Shown here: positions 27,401 through 39,400 of the stretch, piece by piece
How positions within the stretch are numbered: the stretch's first letter is position 1
Layout: each line of letters begins with the position of its first letter
Notes under the pieces: model-generated
The model's database searches: none
Told to the model about the DNA's origin: nothing
The model's input: only the letters and a program-made list of their open reading frames with translations
NCBI RefSeq assembly: GCF_001949145.1
Contig: NW_019091362.1
Coordinates: 1,929,838-1,993,837, forward strand
Direction: 5' to 3'
DNA: 64,000 nt
From: Acanthaster planci
Lineage: Eukaryota
Made by a program: the position numbers and the translations under genes

Positions 27401-30400
27401 TGTTTGAAACTGATGTTAGATCTTTGACCTCCCTAATTTTGCACTTCTCTGTCGTAGCTTGCTCCAGGCTGTAGGCCTACGTCGATATGAAAATATAAAA
27501 GAGCATTCATCACAGTTTGCTGTGCTAATGCGATTGTTACGGGAATTTTTTTGCAGCATCGACTGAAGAGATTCCACCGAAAGAAACCCCAGAAGACACA
27601 AAAGGTATTATACGAATTTCTGTTTGAAACAAATAAATTTGATTTTTAAGTTAGAGCTAATGTGCCTTGAACTCCAGTAGATGTTTTTGAAGGTGGCAAG
27701 ACCTGGTAGACTGGTAATTGCTTTACCTTACCTAATCCGCACATTAACAGACAAATGATTAAGTTTTCTTTGTAAACCAATCACTCGGAGAGAAAAATAG
27801 CGGTGTTTAAAGACGGAATATATGTCAACTATGTAGTTAAGGGCGTATGAAGATGTTATTTGCATACATGTAACAGCAGTCACATTCAGAAAAAAGTTAA
27901 TAATCCGACTTGGATTCCCTCTAAAAGATGATTTCGTGAGATCGTGTTATTTTGGGCGAATTACATGTAAAAATATAATTACAGCATTAAGCAAAAAATT
28001 TGGATCGGCAGTCATTCTATAAAATAAAATTCTCTTTGCGTTATTCAACATCAGACGCATGAAAAAGTACCTTACCATTAGGTGCAGTGAAAAATCGATC
28101 CATGCTTTCATTTCTAGCCAATTGGATTCCTGTAATAGTCTACCTGATTGTCAGATAAATCAACTTCAACGGGTACAGAATGCCTGTGCTCGACAAGTTT
28201 ACAAGTTGTGCAGGTTTATCATGTTTCAATATTGCTGTCTAAGCTGCATTGGCTTCCAGTGAAGTTTAGAATTAATTTTAAAATATTAGTGCTGACCTAT
28301 AATTGCCTTCGTGGTTTGGTTCCAAGCTAAAATAGCCAACTTATCGTAAAAAATACCTCTTCTGGTTGCGTCCTTCGTAGCTTTCTTGATGATACTCTGT
28401 TGGAATATCCCTCTCACGGCACTAAGGTGACACTTGGGGATAAGTCCTTTGCTATATTGCTGCTCCAAAACTTTGGAACGCCGTTCCCGTACACATTAGA
28501 AGTGCTGAGAGCTTTTAAGGCATTATTGAAAACATATTTGTTTCAAGCAGGCCATCTATTACGTCCAACGGGTATCTGTGTGAAGGGGTCACAGGGTGCT
28601 GCAGGGTGCTAAGAGGGTGTCTACATTGTCTGCTTGTTGGAATTCTTTTGTTGGAGGATGTTGGTTGATTCTTTGATTTTGAGTCTTGTCGTCGAATGTT
28701 GTAACACCTTTATATCAATGTTAACTTTTACCTTTCGTTTTATTAATGGTTTAAATATAATTTAGTATTAATGTTTTTATGGAAAGTGCATATATGTATT
28801 ATAGAATTTGCGCTATATAAGTCGATAAATTATCATTTATTATTATAATTCGACTTGAATTTACAATCGACTTTTTTAGTGCCAACTCAATGCTTTTTAG
28901 CTTACTTAAAATTGTTTTACAGTTTGTCCTGAGCCACAGTGTAGTCAGGAATGCCCAGGAGGATTCGAAAAGGACGCATATGGCTGTAAAATGTGTGACT
29001 GCATAGGTAAGACAGGCAAATGCCAACCGAGGATCAATTTAAAATAGTCCTCCCATTTTGTTGTCAGGAAAAAGATTGAGGAGTAAAATCAAAAGAGCAA
29101 ATCCTGCATTTTCCTTTCCCAATTGGTAGTCATTTTGAACTCATCTTTAAGATTGGGGTATCTCCAGGATTGATACGTTGCTTTCCCTACAATACATTCT
29201 TAGTTATTAATTAAAAAGAGCGGTACACGAAAAGCATCTCATCGTTATGCATACCATCGATTACTTTATTTAGAGATTACAGAGGGAGGTGAGGACGAGG
29301 AGGAAGAGGAGGAAGAGCCTGAAGGTCAGGTTCTTGAAACGACCGGAGGCAGCAAGGAAATCGTCATCAGTAACGAGGTAAACACCCAGCAGGAGCAACT
29401 ATTCGTCATCGACCCTAACGACATGTTGAAGTTTACACTGTCATCAGGGGATGGAGACCTGACCATTGGTAAGAATGTTTGCCTTCTGGAATGTGTACAA
29501 ATTCAATTTTTTACTTGATGATGTTTATCGTTTTTATCATTAATTGCTAAGTTTCGTGAAATCCAGTCTTCAACCGGCAATTTCCTTTACATCTTATATT
29601 TACATCTTAATTGTACCAATGATGATGAAGCATTTTAAGTCATTAAGCCAAGTGTCTGATAGTGTAGTCTAGTGAATTCTATGCACTCATTACGAATTTG
29701 AGCTCCTGTAAATCACATTTCCAGAGCTGCCAACCTGTCGTCCTCCTTCCTGAGGTCAAGTCTTACCACTTAATAATTATCTAAATGGGCCCTCAGTTCA
29801 TTCAATATTCTAATCTATTATGTGGTGACGCCTGAACTCAGGCGTCACCATGATGAGAAGGAGTACGACAGGTTGGCAGGTATGCTTTTTGCTTGACAGT
29901 ACTACATGATTTTTGTCAATCGCCAAGGTCTAATTACAAGTGCAGCTGTTTCAATCTTTCCGTGCAACCAATATTTGTTCTGTCCACGTTTACCTTAGCT
30001 GTGCTGGGAACGGTGGTGGAACTTTTGGACTCTCACGACAACGTGATGAGAATCGTGAAACTGCCAACGTGGTGTCTGCATCACAAAGAAATCAATTTTG
30101 CCGTAAACTTCATCACCACTGGCTTTAAAGTACTGATAATAACATCATCTGGAGAAGAAAGATTACTGACGAAGTACGAAAAGAGGAGCAAGAAGAAATT
30201 CACCTGCAAATCTCTGAGATTGACATCAAAGAAAAAGAAGAGGTGCAGGGTGAGATACAAGCACAAGAGGAGACGTCGAGGTAACATACTTCCTTTCTTT
30301 TGCATCACTTTCGCATCAAAGTTAAAAACTCACAAACTACGGTATTTGAATTCTGAATACGCAAACTTTAACCAAAGAATTTGACATAAATGACTCTATG

Positions 30401-33400
30401 TTTGATTTCATTTTTCCAGGTAGAAGAGGCAGAAAAGGTAGGGACTTTAGTTTTCTTCACAAAGCAATAGATCCTTGCACAGATTTGTCTCAAAAATCTG
30501 TTTCAAATATTAATATAATTAAGAAAATTAGAGTCTTTTAATGTGTAATTGATATGATTTTTTCCAGGAAAACTGCGAAAATTTCTGAAGAAAAGACTAA
30601 GGAAAAAACGGAAAGGTACTCTCATATGGTTTATTCTTAAAATAAAGATTTTTCATTGCTACATTATTTTCAGGGAAAAACCTGACATTTAACCAAATTT
30701 TTAAACCAACGACCTTTTCTAGGCCTCCAACGATTCAGTTATCCTACATTGTCGTCTATAGTGAATAAGACTTTATTTTATTTGTGATTGCATCACCAAT
30801 CTGTTTTGTCTAACTCAGATGCAAGATTTTACCCCGACTTATAAAGGAATTTGTGTCATTGCCCTTGGCCAGCATATGTTATCAAAGAGGACTAGGCGGC
30901 CACCTTATCTCTCTCAAAGCAAGAAGTTGGCCTGATACGCACAACTCATTTGGCTTAAATCTTCAGACACGTTGCGCCTATACTCTTGTCCAAAAAGGCA
31001 GATATCCAACCGATTTTCAAGCTTTGGTAGTCTCTGTATATCTAGGGAAGACCTAACCGATGCCCAGTTTTCCAAAACCTGAATTAGCGTTCTTTCCAAA
31101 GGTTTGCAGGACTGCTTTGAATGTGGTAGGACTTCTTTGCAGAATCATCTGCGGAGATTTCACCGACAGAGAACGCAGAAGGCATACATGGTGTTTATCT
31201 GGCTGTTTGTTTTAAACAAAAGAATTTGAAATTATGAGTCATTACGCCTTGAATTGCTGTATAAAAATGCAATGGTGGCATAACAATGCTGTAGGCCTCA
31301 TGTGTGTTTCAGTTAAACTAATTTTAAGACTCAAAGGCACATAATAAAATTTAACAAGCCAATCCCCAAGCCAGTAAAACAGCGTTGTTTCACGACGCAA
31401 ACCATGCAAACCATGTTGTCCTGGTCATTTCCAGTGAGCAAGGAGGCAAAAGAGTACTTACTCACTGGGGGAGGGGGGTGGGGAGCTGGGCCAATGAAAA
31501 ATGAAAAGAAAATGCACGGCAAAAGAAAAACAGTTGTAAGTTGACATGAATTGACATGTTGATTTTTTTTTTATCAGTCTGCTATCGTCTGAATGTCGTG
31601 ACCACTGGTATTCTAATACTTAACCTTGGAGAATTTCTAGCCCAGTCCGGGGATATGGTACTTGATTTTTGAATGTATAAAGAGAGTGACCACAAAGGTG
31701 TTAAATATTTTATCAGCCGTAACATTATAATTGAGACATTGAAATGAATCACTGCAGTCTGCCTTAAATTCATCAGCTTAAAAGAAATTGAAATACATGA
31801 TATCAAATATTGTTGCCCAAATGTACTTGTTCTTGATCTGAATTTCGCTTGTTGGCACTTGAAATCGGAACTTGAAATCAGCATTTGAAATCGGCACTTG
31901 AAATCGGAGCGAAACGCCACCCGCAGTAAGTCCACAAACCGATAATGAAACCTAGGCTCCATTAAATGAAAACGGATTAGGTGAAGTTGAAGTTACCGTC
32001 ATGAATGAAGAGAAAGTTATCTTCATAGACAAAAATAATCACATTGGTTTAGGTGAAAACAGGTGTGATTTATAACCCTCAGACTTAGTTTCCCTAAAAA
32101 GGGACGATGCCATTTCTGGTATATTGTTAAAAAAGACAAAACAATTTTACGGTATTACAGTATACAACGCGAACCGAACGGAAAATTAATTTATTCCGTA
32201 ATGCAAGTTAAATCTTACCGTGACTGCATTGTTGTCGCCATCTCAATAGGATTCAGCTAACTAAAATTGTTTTACAGTTTGTCCTAAGGTACGGTGTAGT
32301 CAGGACTGCCCAGGAGGATTTGAATTGGACACGAATGGCTGTCAGATGTGTGATTGCGTAGGTAAGGTTTATGTCAACCAATGATTAATTTGATATCACC
32401 CTCATTCTGTGTCGCAGAGCATATAAACTACCGAGGAGCAAAAAAAAGGAGCAAATCCTGTAGTTTTTCTCATTTTGTACACATCTTCGATCCCTCAGTT
32501 GGTCGACTGCTTTCTCTACATGTGTTCTAATTCGTATTATCGAAGAGAGCATTGCACAAACCTCTCATTTGAAGCATGTCCTCGATGTATTTATTTAGAG
32601 ATTACAGAGGGAGGTGAGGACGAGGAGGAAGAGGAGGAAGAGCCTGAAGGTCAGGTTCTTGAAACGACCGGAGGCAGCAAGGAAATCGTCATCAGCAACG
32701 AGGTAAACACCCAGCAGGAGCAACTATTCGTCATCGACCCTAACGACATGTTGAAGTTTACACTGTCATCAGGGGATGGAGACCTGACCATCGGTAAGAA
32801 TGTTTGCCCTCTGGAATGTGTACAAATTCAATTGGTCAAAGAAAATTTTGATTTTTAATTTGATAATTTTTATCGTTTTTATTAGCAATTTCTAAGTACA
32901 AGCGGGCAGCAGTTTTACTGTTTCTGTAAAACCAATATTTGTTTTTCATTAATCTTAGCTGTGCTGAAAACTGCAGTGAACATTTTAGACTCGAAGGAAA
33001 AAGTGGTGAAAAGCGTGGAATTGCCAGCATGGTGTGTGCAGTACCAACAACTAAATTTTGCCATAAACTTCATCACCACTGGCTTCAAAGTACTGATAAT
33101 AACATCATCTGGAGAAGAGAGATTACTGACGAAGTACGAAAAGAAGAGCAAGAAGAAATTCACCTGCAAATCTCTGAGATTGACATCAAAGAAAAAGAAG
33201 AGGTGCAGGGTGAAATACAGCCACAGAAGGAGACGTCGAGGTAGTTTTTCCTCTTTTTTCCGCAAACGTGTTGCAATGGAATGAATAATTTTTAATGAAT
33301 ACGTCAAAATTAAATATAGATTGCAAAATCCACTCTGTTTCATTTTTTCCAAGTAGAAGAGACAAAGTAGGTAATGACTTTGATTCTGAAAAGTGTTTCC

Positions 33401-36400
33401 AAGTTGTTGATGGTGGTATTCAAGTTTTTATTATAAAAAGTTTTACGATTTTATTTCAGGCTCATCCAGAAGGAAGAAGTTTAAGAAAAGTGAGCCGTAT
33501 TTACGTTTTTGTTTGGCATAAATTAACTCAAAGACTTATGAGAGTAATGTTTGTGTTTCTCTGATGTTTATTGTCTGATACTTTGACTAATTTTTTTGCT
33601 AAAAGGGTTTTTAAATGCAACCGAATAGAGAATCGAAATATGAAGTTGGAAAAACAAACTCACCATTTTCTACCTTTAATTCAAAAATTGTTCTTGTGGT
33701 AGTAATCCTTAGCACTTTTGTTTGGCTCCGATCCGAATCACAAAGCACGAATGTTGGCGTGAGCCAGCACCCACGGCAATACATCGCTCGTCCGTTTGTG
33801 CCGACCCCACCCACTCAAGATGAGCAATTCCACCTCTCCTCCCTGGGCCATCCAAGTTGCCGAATAAAGTTTCGGATATTTTTGCCCTGCCTGACTTGTA
33901 TTTTTTTAACACTGTATGCTCAGTGTATGCCCCCGAGGGCTTGTGAAAAAAACCACAAGCGTACTCGGGTGGGCCTCGAACCCACAACCTCCTGCTAGTG
34001 CAGACGTCTTAATTAAAACCACTCGACCACCGAGCTTGCCGGTGTCGGCTTGCTGGTTCGAATCAGATTTCAAGGATGGATTTGCGCCGGGGAGAAGTAA
34101 ATTAATATTTTTTGTTTTAGTTTTTCTTCACAAGCCTTCTGGGGCATACACTGATCATACACTCATAAAAAAATACACGTCAGGCAGGGAAAAATCCAAA
34201 AATTTATTTTCCACCCATCCCTGAAATAGTTGCTGAATAAAGCAACCCTACAATTGCTCTCTATTCCCAACACCCCTTCGGCATCAATCCTAAGCCAAGC
34301 GCAAAGGTGGCCGCACCACCCGGGGAGGGAGAAGGGCCTCGACTGGCTCAAGCAAAGCTAGAACGAAACTGGACCAGTTTGCAATCATGCCAGATCGATC
34401 GCGCGCTCCACATCCCCAATTCCGGTAATGTAATGCATTGTGTATACTTCCGAGCACGCGGGCGTCGCAGCTCCTCAGATCAGATTTTTACCTCAGTGAC
34501 CGCGCTGTGATCTTTTACAAAGTTGCTTGCCCTTGAGGGTGCAAATTGACTGTCTGAAATGTCCAGTGTCAACCAAATTCTCATGATACAACACGTATTT
34601 GTTACTGCCTAAGTTTATTGTCGGTCGGAATTCCGTAATTTTGGGTTTCTGAAACTGCAATAGGCCCCACACCCAAACTTTCGCAAATAAAAACCTGTTT
34701 TTTTTTGGTACCTTTAGTGGAAAAACATTTGTAAAAACTTCAAATTGAAGCAGTGTCTCCTTTAAAACTGGTACCATCAGTGATGCAAGTTTAACAGTGA
34801 TCTATACATTTATACCTTAGGAATTCTTTTGGTAATTTATCCCGAGCACTGTTTCGTTCCAACTGCGAAATGTTACTTCAAAAAGTGGAATAAAACTTTC
34901 GTATCATTTTCGGCTGCAAAACAGAGATCCATTTTATCAGAAAAAAGGTATAGACTTGATTTTTTTCACTTTCTTAGTTTTCCCGCCCTTGTTTTGATTT
35001 TGAGTTAACGATTAATATCAGTTTACTGGTGAAGCGGAAGCACTGCTCTTATTCTATTCTTAAACATTTCTTTGACGGTTGGATTGCAAAGCGTTTTTCA
35101 AATATAAATCATTTCAAGATCGAGTCCTGTTTCTTTATTTTATAGAATCGTATGTGAAGAAGACGAAAGGGAGTAGTAAGTTTGAAAGTTTAATCAATTC
35201 TTGGATAAAATTTCATAATTCCAATTTCTGTTGCTCAAGTAATTTTAAACGACAACTTTTAGTAAGCCCTTACCTATTTTCTTGGGAGTTTCATCATTTG
35301 CTGATTTTTCTCCACGCTAGCCATTTGCGGTGATTCTTTAACTTTGTCACCTTATTAACTGAAACAATTATTACCACAAAGGACCCATTAAGAACTTATA
35401 CTGGCAACTGAAACGAAACATTTCCAGCAGCGACAAGAACTCGCTTTGTGGGATCATAGTTTGGCAAAGGGTGATTGCTTCAGTTATTGTACGACAAGCC
35501 AATACATAAGTTGCTAGGATATCAAATGAACGAAATTTTTACTGTGTTGCTAGTTGTATTTAAGGTTTGAATTTCAAGTGATTTGTAGTTGAGATAGTTG
35601 TTAGGATACCAAATGAACGAACTTTTACTGCGTTGGTAGTTGTATTTAAGGTTTGAATTTCAAGTGATTTGTAGTTGAGAAAGTTGTTAGGATATCAAAT
35701 GAACGAACTTTTTACTGTATTGGTAGTTGTATTTAAGGTTTGAATTTCAAGTGATTTGTAGTTGAGATAGTTGTTAGGATATCAAATGAACGAACTTTTT
35801 ACTGCGTTGGTAGTTGTATTTAAGGTTTGAATTTCAAGTGATTTGCGGTTGAGATATGGATATCTTTTCATTTTTCTTTCAGGCTCCTCTAGAAAGAAGA
35901 AGTACAAGAAAAGTGAGTGATATTTGTCAATCGAACTGTTTTGGACATTCAATGCTACCCTCTGGATGTATGGCTCTCTCGATATTTTACCTGAGGGTGT
36001 AGTCCAAATGTATATAAAAGTGCTATGAATTTTTTTCTCTTTCGGAAAATCTTCTGTTACATCTTAACTTCTGTATCCAGATCATTTTGAACTTATTAGT
36101 AGAAGCAATGTCTCTCGACAAGATGTTTTTATAATACTGTGGCGATTATTTGTGGTTGGAAATCTTCAATTCAGGGTTTCCAGCGATAGGCTATATAAGC
36201 ACGCAAAGATTATGTGAATCAAAGAACCTAGGATGTTTGTTTTTAACTTTCAGTGAAAAGATATTTTTGTGGACACTTGAAATTGAATCAGTTTTAACTT
36301 TTAAAACTGTTTCCATGGGAGATATGAGTTTAACAGTGATCTATATTTATACCTTAAATTTAAGAGATCTTCTGATAATTTATCTCGAGCACTTTTTCCT

Positions 36401-39400
36401 TCCAACTGCGAAATGTTACTTTAAAAACTGGAATAAAACTTTCCAATCGTTTTTGGCTGCAAAACAGAGATCAGATTTATTAGAAAAAAAATTGTATATA
36501 CTTGATTTTTTTACTTTCTTACTTTTTTCACCTTTGTCTTAATTTTGAGTTAACGATTAACATCTGTTGACTAGTGAAGCGGAATCACTGCTCTTATTCT
36601 ATTTTAAACATTTCTTTGACGTTTCAACTTGCAAGACGTTTTTCAAATATGAAAGATTTCAAGACCGAGTCATTTTTTTATATTTTATAGAGTCCTATGT
36701 GAAGAAGACGAAAGGCAGTAGTGAGTTTGACAGTTTAATCAATTCTGAAATAAAATGTTATAATTCCAATTTCTGTGGCATAAGTAATTTTAAACGAGAA
36801 CTTTAAGCACCTATTTTCTCCGGAGTTTCGTCATTTCCTGATTTATCTCCACGCTAGCCCTTTACGGTGGTTCTGTAACTTTGTCACCTTAACTGAAACA
36901 ATTATTCACCACAAAGGACCCGTCAAGAACTGATACTGGCAACTGAAATGAAACATTTTCAATTTCGACAAGGACTTGTTTTGTGGGATCATAACGGAGT
37001 TTGGGAAATGGTTGATTGCTTCAGTTGTTGTACGAAAAGCCATTACAAAAGTTGCTAGGATATCAAATGAACGAACTGTNNNNNNNNNNNNNNNNNNNNN
37101 NNNNNNNNNNNNNNNNNNNNNNNNNNNNNNNNNNNNNNNNNNNNNNNNNNNNNNNNNNNNNNNNNNNNNNNNNNNNNNNNNNNNNNNNNNNNNNNNNNNN
37201 NNNNNNNNNNNNNNNNNNNNNNNNNNNNNNNNNNNNNNNNNNNNNNNNNNNNNNNNNNNNNNNNNNNNNNNNNNNNNNNNNNNNNNNNNNNNNNNNNNNN
37301 NNNNNNNNNNNNNNNNNNNNNNNNNNNNNNNNNNNNNNNNNNNNNNNNNNNNNNNNNNNNNNNNNNNNNNNNNNNNNNNNNNNNNNNNNNNNNNNNNNNN
37401 NNNNNNNNNNNNNNNNNNNNNNNNNNNNNNNNNNNNNNNNNNNNNNNNNNNNNNNNNNNNNNNNNNNNNNNNNNNNNNNNNNNNNNNNNNNNNNNNNNNN
37501 NNNNNNNNNNNNNNNNNNNNNNNNNNNNNNNNNNNNNNNNNNNNNNNNNNNNNNNNNNNNNNNNNNNNNNNNNNNNNNNNNNNNNNNNNNNNNNNNAAAT
37601 TAACGATCTTTTTACTGTGTTGATAGTTGTATTTAATGTTTGAATTTCAAGTGATTTGTAGTTGAGATAGTTGTTAGGATATCAAATGAACGACCTTTTT
37701 ACTGCGTTGGTAGTTGTATTTAAGATTTGAATTTCAAGTGATTTGTAGTTGAGATATGGATATTTTTTCATTTTTCTTTCAGGCTCCTCCAGAAAGAAGA
37801 AGTACAAGAAAAGTGAGTGATATTTGTGAATCGAACTGTTTTGGACATTCAATGGTACCCTCTAGATGTATGGCTATCTCGATGTTTATACCATTTTGCC
37901 CTGAGAGTTCCTCCAAATGTATACAAAATTGAAATGATTTTTTTTCTCTTTCGGGAAACCTTCTGTTCCATCTTAACCTCTGTATCCCCATCCTTTTGGA
38001 CTTATTAGTAGAAGCAATGTCTCTCGACAAGATGTTTTTATAATACTTTGACGTTTATTGCTGGTTGGAATTCTTCCATTCAAGATTTACTGCGATAGCT
38101 TAAGCACGCAAAAATTAGGTGAATAAAGAACCCAACTTTTTTTAATACTTTCGGTGGAAAGATATGTTTGTGAACACTTCAGGTTGAATCATTTTTCACC
38201 TTTGAACTGTTACTGTTTGTGATGCAAGTGATATATATTTATACCTTAAATTCAAGAATTCTTTTGATACTTATTCCGAGCACTTTTTTATTCCAAATGC
38301 GAAATCTAACCATAGCAAATGAAAGAAAACTTTCATGTAATTTTGGCTGCACGACAGAGATCAGTTTTAAGGGGAAAGAAATATGGTATTGACATAATGT
38401 TTTTCTTTTTTTGATAATTTTTTCACATTTGTCTTGAATTTGAGTGAACAATTCAAATTTATTTACTAGTGAAGCAGAATCACTGCTCTTATTCTATTAT
38501 TAAAACATTTCTTTGACGTTTCGACTTGCAAGGCGTTTTTCAAATATGAATGATTTCAAGATCGAGTCAATTTCTTATATTTTATAGAATCCTATGTGAA
38601 GAAGACGAAAGGCAGTAGTGAGTTTGGCAGTTTAATCAATTTTTCAATAAAATTTTATAATTCCAATTTCTGTTGCTCAAGTAATTTTAAACTAGAACTT
38701 AAACACCTATTTCCTTCGGAGTTTCATCATTTGCTGATTTTTCTCCACGCTAGCCCTTTGCGGTGATTCTATAACTTTATTACCTTAACTGAAACAATTA
38801 TTTACCTTAAAGGACCCGTTAAGAACTGACACTGGCAACTGAAATGAAACATTTTTAACTTAGACAAAGACTCATTTTGTGGGATCATAGCAGAGTTTGG
38901 AAGATGGGTGATTGATTCAGTTATTGTATGACAAGCCATAACAAAAGTTGCTAGGATGTCAAATGAACGAACTTTTTACTCTGTTTGGTAGTTGCATTTA
39001 AGTTTTGAATTTCAAGTGATTTGTAGTTGAGAAAGTTGTTAGGATATCAAATGAACGACCTTTTTACTGCGTTGGTAGTTGTATTTAAGATTTGAATTTC
39101 AAGTGATTTGTGGTTGAGATATGGATATCTTTTCATTTTTCTTTCAGGCTCCTCCAGAAAGAAGAAGTACAAGAAAAGTGAGTGATATTTGTCAATGGAA
39201 CTGTTTTGGACATTCAATGGTACCCTCTAGATGTATGGCTATCTCAATATTTATACTATTTTTTCCTGAGGGTGCAGTTCAGATGTATATAAAAGTGACA
39301 GGAATTTTTTCTCTTTCAGAAAACCTTCTGTTCCACCTAACCTCTGTATCCCGATCATTTTGAACTTATAAGTAGAAGCAATGTCTCTCAACAAGATGTT

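Noticed and set aside
32939..33244. Open alternative acidic frame over the basic exon (..[24 protein letters not shown]..), suggesting dual coding
   Set aside because: The frame has a TAA in copy 1, is out of phase with the upstream exon and hits stops in the downstream microexons. Gene C homology supports the basic frame. It is a by-product of AAG-rich codons.
33962..34035. Functional tRNA gene
   Set aside because: Irregular D and anticodon arms, and it is embedded in a repeat; treated as tRNA-derived.
35510..35856. CRISPR-like regular repeats (also 63393-63528)
   Set aside because: Head-to-tail units without unique spacers, no cas genes, eukaryotic context.
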